From: Octopus sinensis | Lineage: Eukaryota | Reading direction: 5' to 3' | Length of the DNA: 64,000 nucleotides | NCBI RefSeq assembly: GCF_006345805.1 | Contig: NC_043002.1 | Span: forward strand, 36,766,001 to 36,830,000 | Shown here: piece after piece, positions 53,772 to 64,000 of the stretch | Position numbering within the stretch: the stretch's first letter is position 1 | Layout of the letters: every line of letters begins with the position of its first letter | The notes under the pieces: generated by a model | The model's input: the letters and a program-made list of their open reading frames with translations, nothing else | Told to the model about the DNA's origin: nothing | Database searches by the model: none | Position numbers and translations under genes: made by a program

Positions 53772-54089
53772 CACACATATATGTATATTTATATATATGC
53801 ATATATATATATATATTTATATATATGTATATATTTCTTTTATTTTTTCTTTTACTTGTTTCAGTCATATTTGCATAAATGTATGTATATACATACACAC
53901 ACACATATATATATGTGTGTGTGTGTTTGTGTGTGAGTGTGTGTGTCTGTATGTGTGTCTGTGTATGTGCGTGCGTGTATGCATGTATTTTTAGTTTTTT
54001 CACTGGTTTCAGCCAGAAGCTGTGGCCATGCTGGGGTACTGCCATTGTTAGTATTGCTATTGGTTTCCTGCCTCTCCCCCACTACTATA

Positions 54090-55073
54090 TTTCGGTTTTG
54101 GTGAAGCAGTGGACAAAGTTGCCACTGTTTGCATTTGTGAGTTCATAAGGTATCTCAGCTAAAAATTTGTCCAAATGCTCTTTGAGCACATCCACATCTA
54201 TGCCTTGTATGTCTCTGAAGATTGTTGGTAAGGTATTGAAAAAACTATAGATCTTTGAAGCCTAAAGTATTACAATATTGGAGCACTTCTCTATATGGAG
54301 ATGGTGAGATCTTTAATACTATGCAATGATGTCCAGTTCAGGTCCTACTATGGCTTCCAATCTCTTTCAGTTCTCTTAACCTCTTTCAGTAGTTCATTTG
54401 TTGCACTGAGGTAATATTCTTGGTGTAATGGCATTAGATTACCCTGAGATTCACTGTTAGTTTGACACTTTGTAGCAACCATAATTAGGAGTGGTAATTC
54501 ACTTGACTGAGAACAAATATTCTCCCATATGATCAACATGGTTTCCTTTCTCCATGTTCTGAATAATCTAAGAATTTAATCAGTCTGTTGCTTGCACATT
54601 ACTCTTTTACTTGTTTCAGTCATTTGACTGCGGCCATGCTGGAGCACCGCCTTTAGTCGAGCAAATCGACCCCGGGACTTATTCTTTGTAAGCCCAGTAC
54701 TTATTCTATCGGTCTCTTTTGCCGAACCGCTAAGTGACGGGGACGTAAACACACCAGCATACAAACATATACATACACATACATACATATATATATATAC
54801 GACAGGCTTCTTTCAGTTTCCGTCTACCAAATCCACTCACAAGGCATTGGTCGGCCCGAGGCTATAGCAGAAAACACTTGCCCAAGATGCCACACAGTGG
54901 GACTGAACCCAGAACCATGTGGTTGGTAGGCAAGCTACTTACCACACAGCCACTCCTGCGCCTATGTCCAGTTACAATTTTGTAACTGCACCTATGTCCA
55001 GTTACAATTTTGTTACAATTTTAATATGTCCCAGTTCAATTACCTGAGGGAGTTCACTTAGGGTTGATATCTC

Positions 55074-55154
<81 letters not shown>

Positions 55155-55625
55155 AAAGTGTTTGCTACAATATGAAACCATAAACCTTGTGAATTTCCAG
55201 GTCTTGCCTATCTTGACTGCTGTTTGTGGGCTGATAATAGAGTGCTTGAAATTTCTCCATGTTTAATTGCATATTGTTCTCTTCATCCCTCTTTTATATG
55301 TACATGTATATGAAGTTTCATATATAAATATATGATACGTTTATGTGTGTGTGTGCATCATATTATGTATATATTTATATGTTTATGATAAGTACATATA
55401 AATACATATATTTACATATGTATTTATATTGTGTTCATGTCTTTCTGTGTTTTGAATTATCATCAGGGTTTATGACTGCCTGCGATGCTTTTGTATCATC
55501 AGCAAGGCTTGTGAGAGTGACTGGCTGCATGGCTGATAGCATGTCTGAGGATGACACCACAAATAGTAATTGCCCTAGTTCAGTTACCTGAGGGAATTAA
55601 CTTAGGGTTGATGTCTCCTCAGAGA
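54090..55625 (-). mobile_element. Fragmented CR1/L2/Jockey-group LINE ORF2, split by a SINE and (GA)n
   Basis: PQVTELGQLLFVVSSSDM..LADDTKASQ at about 55470-55600 (PQG..LGPLLF / YADD). LIIW..I and FNTLPTIFRDIQGIDVDVLKEHLDKFLAEIP at about 54145-54540. The order is collinear on the minus strand. Confidence 0.8.
54599..54963 (-). mobile_element. tRNA-headed SINE family 1 (young, small internal deletion)
   Basis: Highly similar to 34034-34448 and retains CpGs. Begins aggcgcaggagtggctgtgtgg on the minus strand. Confidence 0.9.
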
Positions 55626-55993
55626 GAGAGAGAGAACCAATGTTTGCAACAATACGATAGTGATGCAGTCACTCTTCTAGTTTTCTAATGATACCCAAGT
55701 TAAGCACTTTGAGACATACCATTTAGTGATCAACTTTGTGGAAGGCCTTGGTAAAGTAAAAATATATTACAACACATCCCCTTATAAATGGTTGCACTGT
55801 TGTTTTAGGATCCAGTCATAATTCTGTAATAGCTGAATAAGATAGCCCCCTTCCTGTTAACCAATGGGAGAGTTTCTACATGCTTGTTCACACTGTATGT
55901 TCAGGTAATTGTGGGTGCATACATGTACATATGTGCACGTGTGCATGAGTCTGTGTATGTGTGTGCATGCATGTGTTTCCATGTATGTCCTTG

Positions 55994-56030
<37 letters not shown>

Positions 56031-56813
56031 TTGAGTGTATGAATGTGTGTGATTTTATTTATGAAATATTTGAAATTCTTGCATCACAAAGCAACATTCA
56101 AAAGATGCCATTGAGTGAAAACATTCAGTGTTGTCCGTTGAGAATTTCCAATGTGACAGATATCTTTACTTGCACAAAGAAATTATGAAGCAACACTTAG
56201 CCTGCTAGAATATATATATATATATATATTATCATATATATATTATCATATATATATGTATATATAAATGAAATGCAAAACATCTTTTAATATTAAACTA
56301 GAATCAGAGAAGTATGCTTGTCTGCAAAATCAATTGCAACATATATTTTTATTTAATTTATGTTTGTTTAGATATATTTTTCTCAAATAAAAAAGATGAT
56401 GTAGGATAAATTGTTTTTTGAAATGGGATGTTTTATATATACATGTGTCTATGTATACTCATACATATAGTTTTACAATATATTAACATTGCTATTTGTG
56501 CACGTACGTATGATACACATATACAAATAGCATAAATACTTACATATGAGACTGATAATGAGGTTATATTTGTGCATACATGTGTATTTATATGTACTTA
56601 TAAACATATAAATATATGCATAATATAATGCACACACACACACGTACACGTATTATATATTCATACATGAAACTTCATACACATGTACATATTCACACAC
56701 ATATATACCCCTCAAATAAATAGTATGTGTACTTGTAGGCAAATTGGATGTTTTTGTAATGTATGAAAATCTTGTATACCATTAAGCATTGTATGCTATA
56801 AGAATATAATTTC

Positions 56814-56899
<86 letters not shown>

Positions 56900-56916
56900 T
56901 ACATATATATACATAC

Positions 56917-56962
<46 letters not shown>

Positions 56963-57117
56963 ATATACACACATACATACATACATACACATAAAACATA
57001 TTGGTGAAAGAACTGCACTTTGGTAAATAGAGATTAAATCAAAACAAAATTTAGTTTATAACACACATACATACATGTACACAAACACATACCCTCCTCT
57101 ACATAAATATATATGTA

Positions 57118-57158
<41 letters not shown>

Positions 57159-57869
57159 GCATATATATATGTGTGAGTGTCTTTAAGAATATGGAATATT
57201 CTTAGTATGTTCCATTTGTAGAATAATCCATTAGAATATTTCAATGATTGATTTTTAACGAACAGATTCTTATTGTTTTTAGTCAAGTGTTATAGAGTGA
57301 ACAGACAAAATATGACAAAGAAACGAATTATGAATTTTCAAAAGAAATACTTTTTCCAACAAATGGATGAAAAGCAAATGTCTTGATAGAGAATTCCCTG
57401 AAAAGGATTATAAAATGCTCAGAATATATATATATCAAAAGTTTTCCTTAATTAGAAACATTCCAAATATATTATGGTTGAATTAACCCTTTTCTTACTA
57501 TATTTCTGTTGAAATACAATGCTTTACTTTTCATTAAATTTTGAAAATACTGAAAAAAATTAAATAAAATAACTTTGCCATTCTAAAGCTAGTTTTAGAA
57601 GATAAATCAACATGATTTGTATTAAGTTTGTATTGTAGAATCAGGTTGGTATCAAGAACATTAAACAGGGGCAAAAATAGAAGTGTTTCTTGTTTAACCC
57701 TGAGATGAACTGCGACCTATGATCAAAGACATTCCAGATATGACCAGCATACTGCATGGCATCTTGAGTATCTTCTACTTTAGCCTCAAGCCCACCAAAG
57801 CTTTGTGAACGAATTTAGTTGACAGAAACTGGAATAAGACATTGAGTGCATGTGTGTGTGTGTGTGTAT

Positions 57870-58140
57870 AAATGTGAAAGTGCATAGCCTAGTGGTTAGG
57901 ATGTTGCACTCACAATCTAGTGATCATGGTTTCAATTCCTAGACCAAATGGTGCATTGAGTTTTTGAGCAAAACGCTTCATATCACATTGTTCTGTAATC
58001 ACTTTAACACCTGACATGTGGTACACCATGCACCTGTTCAGGCAACATTGATTTGATGGAGGGAGTGGGCTAATGTATGGCCCGAACATCCGATCACCAT
58101 AAACAAATCATTTGTACAGGTCATTTAGCAAAAGGCTGAA
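57870..58140 (+). mobile_element. tRNA-headed SINE family 3
   Basis: TAGCCTAGTGG A-box-like, GGTTTCAATTCC B-box-like, and tttgagcaaaacgcttcatatcac core. Confidence 0.7.
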
Positions 58141-58205
58141 TGTTTATATGTCATCTTCGATAGGAGAGTCTATCATATATATATATATTATATATTATAT
58201 ATGTA

Positions 58206-58262
<57 letters not shown>

Positions 58263-58278
58263 TGTATATATATATATA

Positions 58279-58507
58279 CTCTTTACTCTTTACTCTTTTA
58301 CTTGTTTCAGTCTTTTGACTGCGGCCATGCTGGAGCACCGCCATTTTGGCGAGAAAATCTACCCCAGGACTTATTCTTTGTAAGCCTAGTACTTATTCTA
58401 TCAGTCTCTTTTGCCGAACCGCTAAGTTACAGGGATGCAAACACACCAGCATCGGTTGTCAAACGACGTTGGGGGAACAAACACAGACACACAACACACA
58501 CATACGA

Positions 58508-58551
<44 letters not shown>

Positions 58552-58719
58552 TAATATACATATATACGATGGGCTTCTTTCAGTTTCTGTCTACCAAATC
58601 CACTCACAAGGCTTTTGTTGGCCTGAGGCTGTAGTAGAAGACACTTGCCCAAGGTGCCACGCAGTGGAACTGAACCCGGAACCATGTGGTTGGTAAGCAA
58701 GCTACTTACCACGCAGCCA
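58279..58719 (-). mobile_element. tRNA-headed SINE family 1, full length
   Basis: Same architecture as 34034-34448 with a longer internal microsatellite. Confidence 0.9.
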
Positions 58720-58744
58720 TATTGATGATGATGATATATATCAT

Positions 58745-59985
58745 CATTCATCATCATCGTCGTTTAACGTCCGTTCTCCATGCTAGCATGGGTTGGACGG
58801 TTCGACCGGGGTTCTGGGAAGCCAGAAGGCTGCACCAGGCTCCAGTCTAATTTGGCAATGTTTCTACAGCTGGATGCCCTTCCTAACGCCAACCACTCCG
58901 TGAGTGTAGTGGGTGCTTTTTACGTGCCACCTGCACAGGTGCCAGGCGGGGCTGGCAACGGCCACGGTCAGATTGGTGTATTTTATGTGCCACCGGCACG
59001 GAAGCCAGTCGAGGCGGTGCTGGCATCGGCCACGAGTCGGATAGTGCTTTTTACGTACCACCAGACCAGGGATCCTGGCTGGTTCAATTCGATTTCGATT
59101 TCGCTTGCCCCAACATGTCTTCACAAGCAAAGGGGGTTGGCATGGGTGCCTGTCGTACGGTCGCATTGGAGTATTTTACGTGCCACGGCCATGAGTCGGA
59201 TAGTGCTTTTTACGTACCACCAGACCAGGGATCCTGGCTGGTTCAATTCGATTTCGATTTCGCTTGCCCCAACATGTCTTCACAGCAAAGGGGGTTGGCA
59301 TGGGTGCCTGTCGTACGGTCGCATTGGAGTATTTTACGTGCCACGGCCACGAGTCGGATAGTGCTTTTTACGTACCACCAGGCCAGGGATCCTGGCTGGT
59401 TCAATTCGTTTCGATTTCGATTTCGATTTCGCTTGCCCCAACATGTCTTCGCAAGCATGGGGGGTTGGCATGGGTGTCTGTCGTCGGATGAGGTTCTATA
59501 TCGACTTCGCTTGCCTCAACCGGTCTTTGTGTCCAAGGGAGGAAAGGCATTCATAAGTGGGCTGGGCTCACTTGTCCTGCCTGGTCTTCTCACGTACAGA
59601 ATATTTCCAAAGGTCTCGGTCTCTGGTCATTTCCTCAGTGAGGCCTAAAGTTCGAAGGTCGTGCTTCACCACCTCGTCCCAGGTTTTCCTGGGTCTACCT
59701 CTTCCACGGGTTCCCTCAACTGCTAGGGATTGGCACTTTCTCACACACCTATCTTCATCCATTCTCGCCACATGACCATACCAGCGCAATCGTCTCTCTT
59801 GCACACCACAACTGATGCTTCTTAGGTACAACATTTCTCTCAAGGTGCTAACGCTCTGTCGAGTATGTACACTGACATTACACATCCATCGGAGCATACT
59901 GGCTTCATTCCTCACGAGCTTACGCATGTCCTCAGCAGTCACGGCCCATGTTTCGCTGCCATGTAGCATGGCTGTTCGTACACAC
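58745..59985 (-). mobile_element. Young 5'-truncated RTE LINE: ORF2 C-terminus (59568-59985), ~820-nt 3' UTR and (GAT)n tail
   Basis: Uninterrupted frame RTAMLHGSETW...RNEASMLRWMC...RRLRWYGHVARM...EGTRGRGRPRKTWDEVV..DL, the canonical RTE C-terminus. It is followed by a 3' UTR ending ccatgctagcatggagaacggacgttaaacgacgatgatg. Confidence 0.92.
59031..59485. repeat. ~2.9 tandem copies of a 158-159-bp unit in the RTE 3' UTR
   Basis: Units start at 59031, 59190 and 59348 (ca[c/t]gagtcggatagtgctttttacgtaccacc...). They are near-identical, with variable (TTTCGA)n. Confidence 0.9.
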
Positions 59986-60539
59986 ATATATATATATATA
60001 TATATAATATATATATATATACACACATGATTTAAGAGTACACCTTTGATGCAAGTCTCATGAAATGCCACTCTAATACATAAAATTGCAAATATTATGT
60101 AAATTTCTACTTTGACCTTTTACGTAAATTAGAGTTGAAAGCAGAGTTGGTACAGAAACTGTTGTAACTGATCATTATAGATGTTTTAAAGACAAATTTT
60201 TCATGTTTGTTGCAATTACATGGCTTTGCCAGTATATATGCAGTGAAGTTTTACAATAGCGTCGTATTTGTAATGACTGCTATTTCCAGTAAATATTGGT
60301 GCCTTGTTGTACTACTCATCTGTATATATATATATATATCAAGAAGTCAGAAAATGGAGAAATATCGATGAACAACAATTGACTTACATCAATTATTATT
60401 TATTAACTGAATACAAATAGACTGTATCCCATCTAACAGCTGTTTCTGCTTCCAGTGTTGCATGGTATTTCCATTGATATGCTAAGAATAGTTATCATAT
60501 ATGGTAATACTTGTGACCAAGACCTTTGGAGATATGCTG

Positions 60540-61040
60540 TGCTTGAAAAGACCTGAGAAGCCAAGTGAGATTGTAGCTGTGGTTGATGTCAGTGTTACAT
60601 AACTGGCCCATTTAAAAGTACCCTTCAGTCATCAGGCAATATGGTGTACTTAAGAAGACCTGATTACAGTGTTGGTGGCACATAAAAAAGCAACATTTGA
60701 GTGTCACCAATGCCAGTTCTACCTGACTGGGTCCCATGCTGGTGGCATATAAAAAAGCACCATTCAAGCATGACTGATGCCAGTGCCGCTTAACTAACAC
60801 ATGTGCTGGTGGCATGTAAGTGCTGCCTGACTGGCTCCCATGCTGGTGGCATATAAAAAGCACCCACTACACTCTCAGAGTAGTTGGCATTAGGAAGGGC
60901 ATCCAGCTGTAGAAATCAAGCCAAAAAAGACAAGAATCTAGTGCTGTTCTCCAGCTTATCAGTTCCATTCAAACTGCTTATCCCGTGCCAACAAAGAAAA
61001 AAAACGGATGTTAAATGATAAAAATGATGATGATGATGAG
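60540..61040 (+). mobile_element. RTE 3'-tail element (older, long)
   Basis: Four ggtggca(c/t)ataaaaa(a)gcacc modules, gtagttggcattaggaagggcatccagctgtagaaa, and aacggatgttaaatgat tail. Confidence 0.75.
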
Positions 61041-61585
61041 TTCTGGCTCATCATATTTTTCAAAATCCAGGTAATCTGTATATAAGAAAACCATTAAGGA
61101 AGTTCATTATGAATATATAATCTCTTTCTAATTATGAATGAAATTAATTTAAATTACTTTATATGTTCAACTTTGAGAATCCTTATGATCAAAGTCAGAT
61201 TTAAAAATGGTAGCCACTGCAATGCTTTATATTAGACATAGACTGATTACTATTAAATAATAAAAAAATCCTTTACTTTTAAACAAAAGGCTCCATAATA
61301 ATATTTTGCCTTCAGTCATCTAAAAGCCTCATTCCAATTTTGATAATGGTAACTGGTTTACTCTGCTATTTGATTTTCATTTTGTAACATATGGAAACAA
61401 AATAACCTCAGGCAAAATAGCAATTTTCTTTTACTCATCTTTCTAAATGATCATTTTGCATTATATAACTTCAATAGTTTAAATGAACTAATATGTCTAA
61501 TATTCCTACAACACAGTTACTGTAGGAGGTTGTCAGCTATAGAAGAACTGTAATTATGAATTCTTATAACCTGACTGAGCCACGT

Positions 61586-62308
61586 GACCTAGTAGTTATA
61601 TATATATATATATACACATATATGCTGGCATGATAATGAGGATGATATATATATGGCACATAAAAAACACCATCCGAGCGTGGCTGTCTGCCAGCCTCGT
61701 CTGGCACCTGTGTCGGTGGCACATAAAATCACCCACTACACTCTCGGAGTGGTTGGCGTTAGGAAGGGCATCCAGCTGTAGAAACACTGCCACATCTGAC
61801 TGGCCTGGTGCAGCCTTCGGGCTTCCCAGACCCCAGTTGAACCGTCCAACCCATGCTAGCATGGAAAGCGGACGTTAAACGATGATGATGATGATGATGA
61901 TATATTGATAGAAATGGTAAGACAACAAAAGAATGAAAGAGACCTCGATATTATGTAAATAGAGGAATTTATTTGTAAATGTAATATGTGATAATTATTC
62001 ACCTGCCATGATAAAACTCTGAGTTTCAGATGTCGGGGTGGAAATCCATGCCACCATCTCTTCAGTTATCTGGCCATCATACAATTTTTTACAATGGCTA
62101 GATAACTGAAGAGATGGGGACATGGATTTATCATGGTTACTGAATAATTGTCACATATTACATTTACAGATAAATTCCTCTATTTACATAATACCAAGGT
62201 CTCTTTCATTTTTTGTTGTCTTACCATTACTATCAATATATATATATATACATATATATCATCCTCATCATCATGCCAGCATATATGTGTATATATATAA
62301 CCACTAGG
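61586..62308. mobile_element. Large fold-back (palindromic) element carrying inverted hammerheads, with an RTE-tail element (61653-61900) inserted in the left arm
   Basis: Inner arms 61901-62077 and 62094-62240, the right arm lacking ~29 nt. Outer arms 61586-61652 and ~62245-62308. Spacer about 16 nt. Confidence 0.85.
62006..62073 (-). ncRNA. Type I hammerhead ribozyme (best-preserved in the window)
   Basis: CCAGATAA-CTGAAGA-GATG GTGG(CATGGATTT)CCAC CCCGA CATC-T-GAAAC-TCAGA-GT-T-TTATC(A)TGG. Stem I is 5+3 bp, stem II is 4+4 bp, stem III is ACTC-A-GAGT, and the triplet is GUU. One extra U precedes G12. Confidence 0.75.
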
Positions 62309-62459
62309 TCTGTATATATATGTATATGTGTATGTATCATCATCATCATCATCAATAATTTCACAATATTTAATATTTCGATTATATGTAATTTTCTAGA
62401 TGGTGTAATTTAATTTTTCATTTTGAATTGATAAAAGGTGTTTTTTTTCTAATTATATA

Positions 62460-62491
<32 letters not shown>

Positions 62492-62497
62492 CACCAC

Positions 62498-62570
<73 letters not shown>

Positions 62571-64000
62571 ATACATACACATACATATACATATGCAGAG
62601 GTTATCAAGTGGTTGTAGTGATGGTGGTGGCTCCCTCCACACCACATATGTGATGAGCTTTCACACAGTTTCCATCCAACAAATTCACTTACAATACATT
62701 GGTCAGCCTGGGGTTATAGTAGAAGACATTTGCCCAAGGTACCATGCAGTAGGAGTGAACCTCAAACCTTATGGTTGCAAAGTGAATTTCTTTACCACAC
62801 GGTCATACTAACAAGAAATAAGTCAAGGAGAAAAACCTGGTGCTAAGATAAGCTTCAGAAAGAATAAAAAGAAAGAACTAGGAATTTGACAAGACAAATC
62901 ATTGCATAAACTTCACTTAACCCATGACATTTTGGAATAATGAAGATTGCAATGATGATAATTGTAATTATAACAGCAACGATTATGATGTAGAATAAGA
63001 TACCATGAGGTTGTGACAAATTCATAATTATTGTTTATTAAAAGATAATTAATAAAGGATTTATCATTATGGGAATATATAATTTTCAAGAATTTTACCA
63101 AAATATGTTTTGGGTATTTTCTGCTATGTCTTTAGATTAAGTACTTTAGCACTTATCCTTTCATTTGAAAAATTCAAATTTTAAAAGAAATGTTCATTCT
63201 AGTCTATGCTATTTCTTACACAAGATCTAAAAACAAGAGAGAGAGGGAGAGGGAGGAGAGAGAGAGAGAGAGAGAGAGATTTGATTAACGCAACGAAAAT
63301 TATTCATAACAAAGAAACAAGAACAATTAATCTAATTCTTCATTTATTCTGAATCAGTAGAAACCTTTCAAGTAGAAAAAGGGAAGGGAAAAGAATGTGT
63401 TGTTTTAAATCAACAGGGGACAAATCTTTCAATAATATTGTCACAGAATGTTAAATTGATTAGATATCTTGATGAGAGTAAAAAAACATTAATCTTAACT
63501 GAAACATGCAAACAAGGTTTGATTATCTTGAAAAGTTTTAAAGTGTTATGCAAAGAGACCATTATATTCAGAGAGAGGCAAATGAAATGTTAAGAGTATC
63601 ATATGTAAGGTTACTGTTGGGTAGATTGTTTTTAAAACAGCTGATGCCAGTAGATGAGAAATTAAGAATTTAAGAGAAAAATCTGTAAATGTATTAGGTA
63701 TGCCTACCCTTTGAAACACAAGCTTATCTAAATCTATATCAAGATTTAATTTACATCTAATTTTATTTTGTGTATCCTTTCATTTCCATTTTACTTTAAC
63801 ACAGATGCATTTTCTTTCTATTTCGTTTCTTCCTTCCTTTATTCTCTCTTTTCCCAACTCTCTCTCTCTCTCTCTCTCAAAGACAGAATTTAAATGAAAA
63901 TGCAATAATTCATCCCAATCTATCCAAGATGAACTAAATTACACATATCTTCTGCTGACTGATCAAGAATGATACAATGTTTGTTTTTTTTTTCTATCAT

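Noticed and set aside
57281-57385. Plus-strand frame KCYRVNRQNMTKKRIMNFQKKYF... after a pyrimidine tract
   Set aside because: No donor or partner exon. Open frames of this length are expected by chance in 64 kb.
59031-59485. CRISPR-like or satellite array
   Set aside because: The units are fully duplicated with no unique spacers, lie in a eukaryotic LINE 3' UTR, and have no cas genes.
58780-59648. Long plus-strand ORFs (193 aa and 177 aa)
   Set aside because: Antisense readings of the GC-richer RTE 3' UTR and its 158-bp tandem repeat, with no protein motifs.

Overview
AT-rich, intron/intergenic-type eukaryotic DNA with very dense (TA)n/(CA)n/(GA)n/(ATCT)n/(GAT)n microsatellites. The repeat families resemble those I associate with Octopus genomes, so a coleoid cephalopod origin is inferred, not verified. 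Almost all entries in the ORF track are microsatellite translations. Supportable content: (1) the probable 3' end of an unidentified minus-strand protein-coding gene, with one good 376-nt exon (36871-37246) encoding a 12-aa Ser-rich repeat and two weaker flanking exons. (2) Decayed autonomous TEs: two Penelope-like (PLE) remnants, RTE LINE pieces including one young 5'-truncated copy, a fragmented CR1/L2-type LINE and three mariner remnants. (3) Many tRNA-headed SINEs, RTE-tail elements and hAT/TTAA/mariner MITEs, several with exact TSDs. (4) The most interesting signal: about 10 hammerhead-ribozyme (HHR)-like motifs of the PLE type with palindromic stem III. Four are near-complete on manual folding, one family has a shared A6>U core variant, and several sit in fold-back (inverted) structures. 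All calls come from reading the sequence by eye; no database search or folding program was run.
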